Assembly (NCBI GenBank): GCA_008369845.1
Contig: MRSU01000908.1
Location: forward strand, 1 to 42,917
Source: Trichomonas gallinae
Taxonomy: Eukaryota
Reading direction: 5' to 3'
DNA length: 42,917 bases
Translations under genes and position numbers: made by a program
Shown: in pieces, positions 1 through 9,654 of the stretch
How positions within the stretch are numbered: position 1 is the stretch's first letter
Layout of the letters: the number at the start of each line of letters is the position of its first letter
The notes under the pieces: model-generated
Databases searched by the model: none
What the model was told of the DNA's origin: nothing
The model's input: only the letters and a program-made list of their open reading frames with translations

Positions 1-2
1 GG

Positions 3-101
3 AAGGAAGTCGTTGCCGTGCCCACTTCTTTCTCGACGTGGTTGTCGAACATGCATCAAGGAATTAAAATTCCGCTCATTATGAATTTGACTAGACTCTA
101 A
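3..101 (+). CDS. Probable 3' end of a gene entering from the left edge (..KEVVAVPTSFSTWLSNMHQGIKIPLIMNLTRL*)
   Basis: Open frame from base 3 to TAA at 99-101, followed by A (TAAA signal). Relatively GC-rich sequence becomes AT-rich after the stop. Product unknown; other frames or strand cannot be excluded. Confidence 0.4.
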   Translation, partial: KEVVAVPTSFSTWLSNMHQGIKIPLIMNLTRL

Positions 102-335
102 ATTTTGACATGTAAAGATACATATTTGATGTGTAAATGGAAAAATTTTGGCATTTTTGACATGTAAAATGATTAGATTATTGTTTTTTGTCTCAATAAA
201 TCATTAAATAATATGATGAACCAAGTGGATATTAATAGGGATAACGCATCTTGGGATTTAGATTATTATGATGCAAATATTTAGAGGGTTATACATTTAA
301 AGAAAAAAATTTGAACAAATTTTACTTGAATTAAA

Positions 336-2957
336 TTATTTCGTAGTTTCAGTAACTTTCTTGAATTGTGGAATGTTGATGATTGATTGCTTCTTTTCAG
401 CTTCTAGTTCTAGTTTGAGCTTCGCGACGTTTGTTGACCATCTCTGAGAGGACTCAATACTCGGAGAAAATGGAGCTGAAATCATCGAAGCGGAAATGAA
501 TGAACAAACAGGGCAGTTCTTTGTGACCTCAGTGTTCTTTATGTTCAGCTTCTGGAACATCGAGTTAATGCAGTCAATGTGGAAGCCATGCTTGCACGGG
601 AAGACAACACCCTCACCAGTAAACAACAATTTTCCGCAGCAAGAACAAGATTCCATCGAAGAAAGCGAGAGATTTGGATCTTGCTTGGCTGTCATCAGCG
701 AGTGAGCTCTCTCGATGCCGTCCTTCGCCTCGTCGAACATCTTCTTCTGGTCCTGCATCGCCTTTGTGTTCTTCTCGATATACTTGTCGACGGCATTCTC
801 CAGTTCGCTGACGCAAACTGTGTCCGGCAAGAAGTCGATGAGCTTCGCCGCTTCGATGCCGACGCCTTCGACACTTAACAATCTCTGCGCGAAGTCGCCG
901 GCTTTCTTCGGCTCCATCGACCTCAATACGCCGATTGTCGTCCTCATCTTCTCGGACGGGTTCTTAGCCTCGTTGATCATGTGAATGGCCTGGTCTGGGT
1001 CGGCGACAGCAGCCTCAGCATATCTGTTCTGGGCCTTCAAACCGATCGCGACTAAAGATGGTTCGTTGGCGTAGAAGAAAGCTCTGTACGCGATGTCGCA
1101 GTCCTCTGATGTCAGCGGGTTGCTCTGGTCTCTGAAGAACTTGTCTGCGAGCTGAATGTTTTGCGCCTGAAGTTCGTGCAAACTGTTGTTGAGTTCCTCG
1201 ATTTTGTCTGGGTCTTTTTCGTCTTTGATTTTACTCTCGATCTGTTCGCGCTTTCTCTTTGCGTCCTTCGCCATCTGCAGAACGAAAGCAGCCCTTAGCC
1301 AGCTGCTTTTGAGCTTGCCGTTGATGAGCTCGTAAACACGCTCGATTCCTTGTGGAGAAGAAACAATTGGAGCGAATTCGCGCTGGCTGATGTTCGGTCT
1401 CGCGTAAAGCGCGCTGATGACATCATCTGGTTTGATATTGAAAATTCTGACAGCGCTGTTGGTGAATTCTTCGTTGTTCTTCTCTTCCGCGAGTAATTTG
1501 GCTGCTTTGTCTGTAGATCCGAAACTTAATTCGTGATCAATGAGAGCGCTCTTGTCTTTGATGATGATATCGTACGGTTCGTTCCACCCGTATGTATCTA
1601 AGACCTCTCTGACAGCTTCTTGCGACAGATTTCGTTTTCGTATCTGATCTTCAACCCAATCATAAAACGGAGGCTCTAATTTCTCCGTTCCACTTGTTTC
1701 TAATCTAACATAGACCTCCAAAGCTCTCAACGCCAAAGCCATTTTAACACGCTTCTTTGTATCAGGCAAAGAGTCAACGAGACTGACGAGTAATTTATGA
1801 TACAAAAGAGGGTTGGACTTAGTGATGTTAGACATCGTGTTGAAAGGCATCTTTGAGCTGATCAAAGCTTTAATTGCAGCTTCGTAGTTGTTTTGTTGGA
1901 TGAATCTGTTGTAGCAGAAGAGGGAGAAGCCGATTATACCTGATTTCTCTGGAATATTCGAGTTGAAAATTAATCTTCTGATTTTGCTTCCGTCGATTAA
2001 ATAAATTGACTTTTGGTTGTTGTCAACTTCGACTGTTTGATATTCCGGTATCTTTACTTTCTCAATAAACTCTAATTCTGATCCTCTGATTTGTTCGATT
2101 GTAACAGTTGTTTCTCCGTTCTTTCCCTGGAGGAATAAGAAAATAATGTCGTCGCAGATGTTGAATGTATCGAATTCTGGGATTTTGAAGAAGATTTGCG
2201 TGTCCGAATAAACTCTGTTCTTTTCGAACTGATCATTTAGTTCGTAGTAGTATAAATTCCTTTGTGTATCGACAGCAGCGATGAGGTGATCGTCAATTTG
2301 ATAACCTTTTTCACCAATTTGGATATTTCCGAGATGATTAATTGAATTTTGAGTTTTAAGCGGGAAATATTGATAATCTAACTGATATGCGTGCAATGCT
2401 TTGTCTGATTGTTGCTTTTCTGCTAAAATCGCAAGCGAAAAATGATCATCTTTTCCTTCATTGTTTTGCTGAGGCTTTATTGCCAAACCAACAACATTGG
2501 CAGAGCTTCCAACGACGGCATCAGTGTTGTCAACAGCGAAAATGTTGAATTGCGTTGGATTGTCGGCCAAAACCCATCCGATTGTTCCGCCGTCGCAGCC
2601 AAACCAAATCGTGGGTTTCCCCTGCTGCCCCCTGCCGAACGCGACAGACCTGAACACCTTGTTGCTGTAGCACTGGATAAACTTCCTGTTGAGGTTATAA
2701 TCGTAGAGAATAAATTGCTTTTTGTCTGCAGACCTCACGACGCAGTATTTGCCGTCAGGGCTGACGAAGATGAACATTACACTTGTCAAATCCGGAACAT
2801 CTATGAATTTTATTGGTGTTTTATTTAAATTTGCGTAAACTAAAGTTTTTTCTGAAACAATTGACCACAAATGGCCACCTCTAATCTTAGTCGTCTTCGT
2901 GAACTTCTTTGTAGGATGCTCAAAACAAAGATCTTCGATTAAAAGTGGTGTTGTCAT
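336..2957 (-). CDS. VPS18: Vps18/Pep3-like HOPS/CORVET core subunit (beta-propeller, alpha-solenoid, coiled coil, C-terminal RING-H2)
   Basis: 873-aa ORF. C-terminal CSCCGKLL...VFPCKHGFHIDC...CPVC followed by MISAPF matches the Vps18 RING tail. Beta-rich N-terminal half, helical middle. Confidence 0.75.
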   Translation of the reverse strand: MTTPLLIEDLCFEHPTKKFTKTTKIRGGHLWSIVSEKTLVYANLNKTPIKFIDVPDLTSVMFIFVSPDGKYCVVRSADKKQFILYDYNLNRKFIQCYSNKVFRSVAFGRGQQGKPTIWFGCDGGTIGWVLADNPTQFNIFAVDNTDAVVGSSANVVGLAIKPQQNNEGKDDHFSLAILAEKQQSDKALHAYQLDYQYFPLKTQNSINHLGNIQIGEKGYQIDDHLIAAVDTQRNLYYYELNDQFEKNRVYSDTQIFFKIPEFDTFNICDDIIFLFLQGKNGETTVTIEQIRGSELEFIEKVKIPEYQTVEVDNNQKSIYLIDGSKIRRLIFNSNIPEKSGIIGFSLFCYNRFIQQNNYEAAIKALISSKMPFNTMSNITKSNPLLYHKLLVSLVDSLPDTKKRVKMALALRALEVYVRLETSGTEKLEPPFYDWVEDQIRKRNLSQEAVREVLDTYGWNEPYDIIIKDKSALIDHELSFGSTDKAAKLLAEEKNNEEFTNSAVRIFNIKPDDVISALYARPNISQREFAPIVSSPQGIERVYELINGKLKSSWLRAAFVLQMAKDAKRKREQIESKIKDEKDPDKIEELNNSLHELQAQNIQLADKFFRDQSNPLTSEDCDIAYRAFFYANEPSLVAIGLKAQNRYAEAAVADPDQAIHMINEAKNPSEKMRTTIGVLRSMEPKKAGDFAQRLLSVEGVGIEAAKLIDFLPDTVCVSELENAVDKYIEKNTKAMQDQKKMFDEAKDGIERAHSLMTAKQDPNLSLSSMESCSCCGKLLFTGEGVVFPCKHGFHIDCINSMFQKLNIKNTEVTKNCPVCSFISASMISAPFSPSIESSQRWSTNVAKLKLELEAEKKQSIINIPQFKKVTETTK

Positions 2958-2978
2958 TTATTTGACGATATATTATTT

Positions 2979-3193
2979 TGTCATGTAAAATTACGCAAAT
3001 GACACATAAACATCTCAATTTTATCTTATTTTTATTTCAATTTTATTTGCCAAGTAAATAATTCAAAAACGAAATATGCCACATAAACTATCTAATTTTG
3101 TCATGTAATTTATTGAAAAAAACATATAATGCCATGTAAATTATTTAAAATTTTGCCATGTAATTTATTGAAAAAAGTTTTTTTGTCATGTAA
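2979..3193 (+). repeat. Array of eight co-oriented TGNCA(Y/A)RTAA motifs
   Basis: TGTCATGTAA 2979, TGACACATAA 3000, TGCCAAGTAA 3048, TGCCACATAA 3077, TGTCATGTAA 3099, TGCCATGTAA 3130, TGCCATGTAA 3154, TGTCATGTAA 3184. The flanks of the 3099 and 3154 copies are nearly identical (aattttg.catgtaatttattgaaaaaa). Confidence 0.85.
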
Positions 3194-3234
3194 AAAACAA
3201 CAAAATATATTTTATATAAAAAACACAAAAAATA

Positions 3235-5076
3235 TTAATTATTAGCTTGAGTAGCTTGAGCTAACTGATCCTTAACTAACCTTGGCACATTCTTCATATA
3301 CTTTTCAACAGCTGTTCCGAATTTCTGTTGCAACGAAATCGTGAGCCTGATTGCCATCTTCCTGACGTCCTCCTTCCTGGAATCAAGGCACGGGACGACT
3401 AAGCCCATAACCTCAGAAAGCTTCACCTTTCCTTTATCGCCGACGCCGTATTTTTCGACGACTTTTTCCACAAGATTCAGCTTCGCCTTCTGTAGGTGGT
3501 ACTGGTTGACCGGCGGGGCCTTGACGCAGTACTGCTGCAGCTCCTCCCTCGCCCACTTGTCCTTGTCCGCGCACCACAGCACGAAATTGTTCGAGACCTC
3601 GTCAATTCGCGCGTTAGTGTCGCCAACCTTCGCCAGAGCAATCGGGAACAAAACGTGGACGGCAGAGCCAAGTTCCGCGCCCTCCACCTTTAGAGAGTCC
3701 AGAATGTTCGTCATCTGCTCGACGGCGGCGCAGTACGTAGCCTTCAGGCCGTCCTGGAATCGCCTCCTCATCAACGGAAGAATGCCAGACAAGGCTCTCG
3801 TCTGCTCAGCCTTCGTTTTGAGCCCTTTTATCAGCTCACAGAGTCTTTCGAGTCCCTGGACTCTTAAAGACCAGTTCTGCGAATACGCGAGTGCTACTGG
3901 CCTCTCGCCGAAGAGGGAGATGAGCGTGGACGCCTCCGCCTTGTTCTCGTCTGACAGTTCGTCCGGAGTCTCGACTTTTGGCGGCGAATCTTGCGGCGGC
4001 TTCGAAAACCGCGGGACTCTCTCTTTAGGAGGTGCAATGCGGCGTGGAGAGCTCTCTGCATCAAGCTGGCGACGCCTTGGTGTTGGATCTGGCTCTGGCT
4101 CGTGATTCACTGGTTCTGGTTCCGGAATTGGAGCAGGTTCTTCTTCTGCTGGAACTGGCTCCTCTGGAGCAATAGCAATAGTAGTGTTGCGATCAAAGCC
4201 AGTAAGGAAGAAGCCTGGATCCTCATTGACTTGAATAAGGCTATCTTGTGGCTCGGGCTGTTCTGACGGCGGTGAAACAGGAGGCTGAGGTTCTGGCTCT
4301 GGTTCGTGGACTTCTGGCAAAGGTTCTTCAAACTTGATTGGATGCTGCGGAATTTGTTGAATTTCTTCAATTTCATCGCGATTTGCTTTAATTATTGAGT
4401 TTATCTGTTTCATGACACTTTCAACCTCTAAATATTCTTCTTGCTTCAAAAATTCGACTCTTTTTGCAAATAAATTTTCTAATTCTGCTTTGTTTTCCTC
4501 AATGTTGAGAAGCTGGTCTTTGTATTGAGCAGCTTCAGCGTAATTTTCATCTTGTACTGCTGCAACTTTCGCTTTTGTTAAATCTTCGATTAATTCGTTC
4601 AATCCTGTCATTCTGGGCTTGATTTCTTTATGCCCATTGAATGTCAGCGAAATTATCGCGCATCTGTTGTCTCTGTTTGGCGGCACATCGTGGACACCTT
4701 CGATTAAAATTCTTAAATAACGAACTGTGACATTTTCTGTAGATACGTGCTTCAATTCTCTTGCAATCCACTGGCTTCTCTGATTTGTGTTGAATGAAAA
4801 GAAACCGATTTCAAACCACTGAGTTTTCTTATCTAACTTTTCATCTAGTGATCCGAATAAGTCGATTCTATTCGCAATCATGAATTCATGGCTGACGATG
4901 TCCAAGCCATTTAAAACAAAATTTCCTTTCATGTCTACAATTGTTTCAATAGGAAATGAAGGGTTTGGAAGCGAAGTCCAGCCAGCTGGAACTTCATCCT
5001 TGAACAAGTTTTCGAACGGATAAGCTGGGTCTTCACTTGAACAAAAAACTGCTGTGAATCCCTGCGAAGAACTCAT
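3235..5076 (-). CDS. CEP104: CEP104/FAP256-like ciliary-tip protein (jelly-roll, UVR-like coiled coil, TOG domain)
   Basis: N-terminal CSSEDPAYP...GWTS...SHEFMIANRIDL...NQRSQWIARELK, then KVAAVQDENYAEAAQYKDQL, a Pro/Glu-rich linker, and a TOG-type YSQNWSLRVQGL...KVGDTNARI segment. Confidence 0.8.
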   Translation of the reverse strand: MSSSQGFTAVFCSSEDPAYPFENLFKDEVPAGWTSLPNPSFPIETIVDMKGNFVLNGLDIVSHEFMIANRIDLFGSLDEKLDKKTQWFEIGFFSFNTNQRSQWIARELKHVSTENVTVRYLRILIEGVHDVPPNRDNRCAIISLTFNGHKEIKPRMTGLNELIEDLTKAKVAAVQDENYAEAAQYKDQLLNIEENKAELENLFAKRVEFLKQEEYLEVESVMKQINSIIKANRDEIEEIQQIPQHPIKFEEPLPEVHEPEPEPQPPVSPPSEQPEPQDSLIQVNEDPGFFLTGFDRNTTIAIAPEEPVPAEEEPAPIPEPEPVNHEPEPDPTPRRRQLDAESSPRRIAPPKERVPRFSKPPQDSPPKVETPDELSDENKAEASTLISLFGERPVALAYSQNWSLRVQGLERLCELIKGLKTKAEQTRALSGILPLMRRRFQDGLKATYCAAVEQMTNILDSLKVEGAELGSAVHVLFPIALAKVGDTNARIDEVSNNFVLWCADKDKWAREELQQYCVKAPPVNQYHLQKAKLNLVEKVVEKYGVGDKGKVKLSEVMGLVVPCLDSRKEDVRKMAIRLTISLQQKFGTAVEKYMKNVPRLVKDQLAQATQANN

Positions 5077-5409
5077 TCAACGGATTTTTTTGACAAATTA
5101 TCAATTTTACATGTCAGATTTTTGATTTCATCAACACTAAAAATCATCATAGGAAATACTTTTTCCAACAATTCATATACAATGATACGCTAAGGGTTAC
5201 GCAAAAATGCAGTGCTTAGTAAGCTATCTCTTCCCTAAAATCTTGAAAAAATCTTCATGTAAGTGATTATTCATTAGGTTTTGGGAGGTTTTTGGCGCAA
5301 CTATATTTCTCAGAAGCCTCTTCTTGAAACTATATGGTTTTAATCATTTGTCAATAGGTGATAAAAAATGGTGAATAAATTTAATAAAACCAAACATTAA
5401 TTTTTTATT

Positions 5410-8400
5410 TTATTTATTTGCATGAGCTTCTATATCTAATTGCTTCCTGATAGCGTCTGCGAGTACTACCATTGACACAGGCTTAGTTAAGAACATTCCT
5501 ACACCGCAGTCGTTCGCCGGAATTGTAGATGATGTCAGAGCGATAACTCTTACACCGGTTATATCCCTCGACCTAATTTCTTCCATCAAGTTCTTGAGTG
5601 AAATGTCAGGAAGACCCTGGTCAACTATTAACACGTCGTACTTGTTCTGCGACAATTCTTTGAGAACCTCTCTTCCGCTGGACACGCATTGGTGAGTGCA
5701 CTCCATCTTGTCGAGAATCTTCGACATGATGATCTGAGAAGTAACGTTGTCGTCTGCCATCAGGATGTTCGTCTTGACGGAGAACCTCATCTTCTGGACT
5801 ATATTAGGTGCGTTAGTGACATCCTTGGTGCTGAAGCTCTTCGCCCTGAGAATTATCGCGCGCATCGTGCTTGGAAGGACCGGCCTGATGATGCGCATCT
5901 CTCCGTCACTCAATGGCTCGTTTTCGCCGTCCAAGGTATCATATACAGTGATGACAATCAGATCTGGATGCTGGGTCTTCAAGTCTGCAGCAAGTTTGCG
6001 TTGCTCTGGGTCAGGCAAAATGAAGAGAATTGACGGGGCCATGTCTCCAAGCTCTGGATAGAACTGGACGTCTGTTCCGTAGAAGTCGCAGTATGTCTTG
6101 ATGATTGGAGTAATGACATGCTGGTAGGCGAATGCGAGGCTGCACGGTTTGTTTCTGATGGAGGCCGGGACGTATGGAATGTAGGTCGTCTCGTATGGGA
6201 AGAAGCACTTGAAGACTGAGCCTTTGTCGATCTCAGATGAAACCATGACATTTCCGCCGATTAATTTCAACAGTTTAGTGACGACGGACAAACCGATGCC
6301 ACTGCCACCATACGGCCTTGTGATGGAGCCATCGATCTGAGTGAATGTGTCGAAGATTGACTCCTGCTGATCCAAGGCAATGCCGATGCCTGTATCAGTG
6401 ACAGAAATAGTGACGCCTTGCGTTCCATTGCCAGACGGTTCATCTGTGACATCGACGATGATTTTTCCTTTCTCTGTGAACTTGACAGCGTTTGACACGA
6501 CGTTTGAAATGACTCTCTTCATTATCATTGAGTCTCCGTATAGCTTTGACGCAGCCTGCGGCTGGCAGTTGAGGTAAACTCTGATGTCTCTGCCTCTGAC
6601 TTGGTGCCTGGCATCGTTGACGATCGGCTCCAATAACTCCATCAAGTCGAAGACAGTGTAGGAAGGAGTCAAGTTGCCTGAGTCGATTCTTGACAAATCC
6701 AATGTGTCTGTGAGCAATTCGGACAACCTGTCGAATGAAGATCTGACGAGCGACAAAGTCTTCTTCAGCTCATCGCTCGTTGGCAGCATAAACATCAGCT
6801 CGAGGACAGCGAGCATGCACTGGAGTGGTTCTCTGACTTCGCTTGACAGTCTCGCCAAAAAGTCCGTTTTCGTTGACAAAGCTTCGATGGCAGATTCCTT
6901 CTCCGCCTCCAGCTCGTTCTTCATTTCTATGAGAAGAGTAGTGTCGAAGTAGACACCAAAAAGCGTGCCTGGGACATCGCCTCTTCCGCCACGCAAGTAA
7001 AGCCACTGGAGGCTCTCGAATATGATGGGGATCTCGACTTCTATTGGAGTTCCGTCTCTCAGGCAGTCTTCGAACGCCTTCCTCGCCCTCTCCTGGTAAT
7101 CGAGCGGGACTTGGAAGTTGATTGACGACCAAGACAGTCTAAGCGTTTCGAATGAAAGCGGCGAGTTCATGAAGATGTGTTGTTCTGTGTCTCTCTCATA
7201 GAAGCTCCACTTGACGATATCCGCGTGATAGAGAGACTGGTCGATAATCTCCTGAACTTCTGTGAGCTTGTCGTTCGTGTTCTTGCTCTCGTCGACATTC
7301 AGAACAATAACTAAGACAGCAGAAGGTGTTGTCTGGAAGAATGCGAACTCGTACCACACATACTGCTGCACATTGGGATCCAAGAAGTGGACGACGCACT
7401 TTGGTGTGTTCTGCGGTGAAACTGACGAAATGCAACCGAGGAAAATCTGGCGCTGGGACTCCTGCATGTACTGGGCGAGTTCATCAATCTTCTTGATGTT
7501 CGTCAAAGTGCTCAACGAAAGAAGAACGTTGCCTGTTGCACGCTCGAATGACCATATCGCGATGTACTTCATGATTGACGGCGAGATAAGAGAGCCGATG
7601 TCGTTTTCGTTCGTTATCGTGTTCTGCATCTTGAAAACGTAGCCAACGAATTCACCATTGACTGTCTCGTTCGCGATGCCACTGTACAGCAGTTCCTCGC
7701 CTTCGCTCGTTCTCAGTCTGAAGCATTTGACTTTTTCTGTCATCATCTTGACGTCGGGGACGTCTTCAGGGACGACAAGGTCCAAAAGATTGAGGTTGTC
7801 GTCCTTGAAGCCGAGCTCACGCTGCAGAGTGTTGTCGGCGAGCTTGTGAGGCGTGACGAGCTTGTGGAGGTGCAAACTTGTGCGGATGAGCTGCTGGTTG
7901 TTGTGGGCGGCTTCCAGCTCGTGCTTAGTGCGCATGAATGATGTCCTGTCAATAATAAGTGCAGACTTAATTGGACGATTAAGAATTTCGTCGAAATTTG
8001 TTTCAGAGAAGATTTGAGTGTAGCAGTCATTGTCTGACGAAACAAGGACGCCATCGTGCGCACTCTGAGGTATTTCTGGGCGCTCTGACGCGTCAACTTC
8101 GATGTAAATCGGTTCTTTCATGAGGCCAATTAAATTCTTGAATCTGTTCCTGAGAAGGTCCATTCTATACGGTGAGAAGTTGATGTGGTAGTATGTCATG
8201 TATTGGAGGGCCAAGAATGAGAGTTGTGTTTCAAGATCAACGTGATATACTTCGCATTGAGACAAAACGATAATAAAGTAGTATCTCAATTCTGTACATT
8301 CAGTTGTGAACAATGCGCATTTCTTACCATACAGTTTTAATCGCTTTGTTCCATCTTCTTTGAAAATCTTGAGAACTTCATGAGTAATGTCGAGTGATTC

Positions 8401-9441
8401 CTGATTTGTGTGGAACTCTATGATTTCTGTAAGTGAATCATTGTTCTCCTGATACAAAGAAACGGCTTCAAAATCTAAAACATGCATAAAGTCGAAGATA
8501 AGCTTCTTAAACGTATCAATATCGATACAAGTACTAAACAGCAGCTCAATTTGTTTGTAGTAAAGCATGAATAATGCTTGCAAAGTGATTGCTTGATGAT
8601 TTGGATTTGTGTCATTTTTATTTTGAAAGATCTCAATCAAAGCTGTAGGCGAAGTAGCGCAGACTTCCACGCCATGTTCATCATTTCTTCGCATAAATGT
8701 CTGAATAAATTCTGGATCAACGTGATCATCTCTAAATTCGTGAGAATGTCTAATATCTACTGTATCCTGAGCACAAATATCCTCGAAGCTGCTTTCTATA
8801 TAAAGGCCGAGCAAATAATTTAAAAATGTTGTTGGAAATAAAATCAAATGACTTGTTTTGTTATTGCATCGATCGGTTTCTAACATGCTGTAAGAATTTT
8901 TCTTTGTCTCAATTGTTTCCTTTACAATCCTTAATAATTCTTCTTTTGATAAATTGGGGAAAACGATCGAAGCGGGGCAATAATTTGCATTAGAGTCGAT
9001 AATGAAAAATTTGTAACGATAATCACCGATCGTTTCCTGTCTTAGAACGATCCAGTAAACTAAAATATATTTTAATATCAGTAAAAGCATGAAAAGGACA
9101 AATATTACATGCGAGTATACATTGACAAATGTAAGTATATTAACTCTGAGATCGAACGAGCTTTGTCTTGTATTTAGATCAGTTCTGTGATCTAATTTTC
9201 GAATAATAAACGAACTTTTCGCATAATTTCCTAATATAACCGTGTAATTTTGGCTCTTTAAGCATTTCACCGAGTTTTCAAGGTTTTCGATTGGTTCTGG
9301 AATTGACACGAATTTATTTTCATTGGAAACACATGAAACTTGTAATCCTGATGATGCGCACTGTACCAAAGGTATGAGAATATCCGGTGGATGGATCTTA
9401 TCTCTGCTCTTTAAGCAGAGAATAAAAAAACTTAACATCAT
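5410..9441 (-). CDS. Membrane-anchored hybrid histidine-kinase-like protein (HisKA-like, HATPase_c, receiver domain)
   Basis: N box SNVVSNAVKFT, G1 DTGIGI, F box IFDTFTQ, G2 GGSGIGLS. C-terminal receiver ILMADDN...LIVDQGLP...ALTS...LTKPV. N-terminal hydrophobic leader and a TM segment. First ATG is 9441 (the ORF track starts at TTG 9444). Ends in TAAA. Confidence 0.9.
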   Translation of the reverse strand: MMLSFFILCLKSRDKIHPPDILIPLVQCASSGLQVSCVSNENKFVSIPEPIENLENSVKCLKSQNYTVILGNYAKSSFIIRKLDHRTDLNTRQSSFDLRVNILTFVNVYSHVIFVLFMLLLILKYILVYWIVLRQETIGDYRYKFFIIDSNANYCPASIVFPNLSKEELLRIVKETIETKKNSYSMLETDRCNNKTSHLILFPTTFLNYLLGLYIESSFEDICAQDTVDIRHSHEFRDDHVDPEFIQTFMRRNDEHGVEVCATSPTALIEIFQNKNDTNPNHQAITLQALFMLYYKQIELLFSTCIDIDTFKKLIFDFMHVLDFEAVSLYQENNDSLTEIIEFHTNQESLDITHEVLKIFKEDGTKRLKLYGKKCALFTTECTELRYYFIIVLSQCEVYHVDLETQLSFLALQYMTYYHINFSPYRMDLLRNRFKNLIGLMKEPIYIEVDASERPEIPQSAHDGVLVSSDNDCYTQIFSETNFDEILNRPIKSALIIDRTSFMRTKHELEAAHNNQQLIRTSLHLHKLVTPHKLADNTLQRELGFKDDNLNLLDLVVPEDVPDVKMMTEKVKCFRLRTSEGEELLYSGIANETVNGEFVGYVFKMQNTITNENDIGSLISPSIMKYIAIWSFERATGNVLLSLSTLTNIKKIDELAQYMQESQRQIFLGCISSVSPQNTPKCVVHFLDPNVQQYVWYEFAFFQTTPSAVLVIVLNVDESKNTNDKLTEVQEIIDQSLYHADIVKWSFYERDTEQHIFMNSPLSFETLRLSWSSINFQVPLDYQERARKAFEDCLRDGTPIEVEIPIIFESLQWLYLRGGRGDVPGTLFGVYFDTTLLIEMKNELEAEKESAIEALSTKTDFLARLSSEVREPLQCMLAVLELMFMLPTSDELKKTLSLVRSSFDRLSELLTDTLDLSRIDSGNLTPSYTVFDLMELLEPIVNDARHQVRGRDIRVYLNCQPQAASKLYGDSMIMKRVISNVVSNAVKFTEKGKIIVDVTDEPSGNGTQGVTISVTDTGIGIALDQQESIFDTFTQIDGSITRPYGGSGIGLSVVTKLLKLIGGNVMVSSEIDKGSVFKCFFPYETTYIPYVPASIRNKPCSLAFAYQHVITPIIKTYCDFYGTDVQFYPELGDMAPSILFILPDPEQRKLAADLKTQHPDLIVITVYDTLDGENEPLSDGEMRIIRPVLPSTMRAIILRAKSFSTKDVTNAPNIVQKMRFSVKTNILMADDNVTSQIIMSKILDKMECTHQCVSSGREVLKELSQNKYDVLIVDQGLPDISLKNLMEEIRSRDITGVRVIALTSSTIPANDCGVGMFLTKPVSMVVLADAIRKQLDIEAHANK

Positions 9442-9654
9442 CAAAAATTACTGCTATTCTCTGACATGTAAACTAAAATATTACAAATAACAATATTCAA
9501 GGAAATATAATAACAAAAGTAAAAAACCCAAAATCACTTAAAAATCCCAAAAAATATTTTAAATTTACATGGCAATTATTTTATTTTTTAATAAATTTGC
9601 TTATTATAAATTGTTTAATAAAAATTCATTCCGATTAAAATTTTTAAAATTTTA

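Noticed and set aside
1..79. Minus-strand frame MSGILIP-TGA-CMFDNHVEK suggesting selenocysteine readthrough
   Set aside because: A plus-strand gene end with a TAAA stop explains the bases equally well, no SECIS can be assessed, and T. vaginalis is not known to use selenocysteine.
213..260. ATGATGA followed by a CCAAG...CTTGG stem (C/D snoRNA or SECIS-like)
   Set aside because: No D box (CTGA), and the tandem GA pairs do not register with the stem.
2979..3193. CRISPR-like array
   Set aside because: The repeat is only 10 nt, spacers are short, AT-rich and irregular, there are no cas genes, and the context is eukaryotic.
3341..4105. 254-aa plus-strand ORF, and similar nested ORFs such as 27496-28215 and 20593-21087
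   Set aside because: Antisense or alternative-frame shadows of well-supported genes in their GC-richer parts.
5190..5219. Possible hairpin CTAAG...GCA-AAAA-TGC...CTTAG and a nearby TTTGGCGC (E2F-like)
   Set aside because: Short, imperfect single occurrences, indistinguishable from chance.
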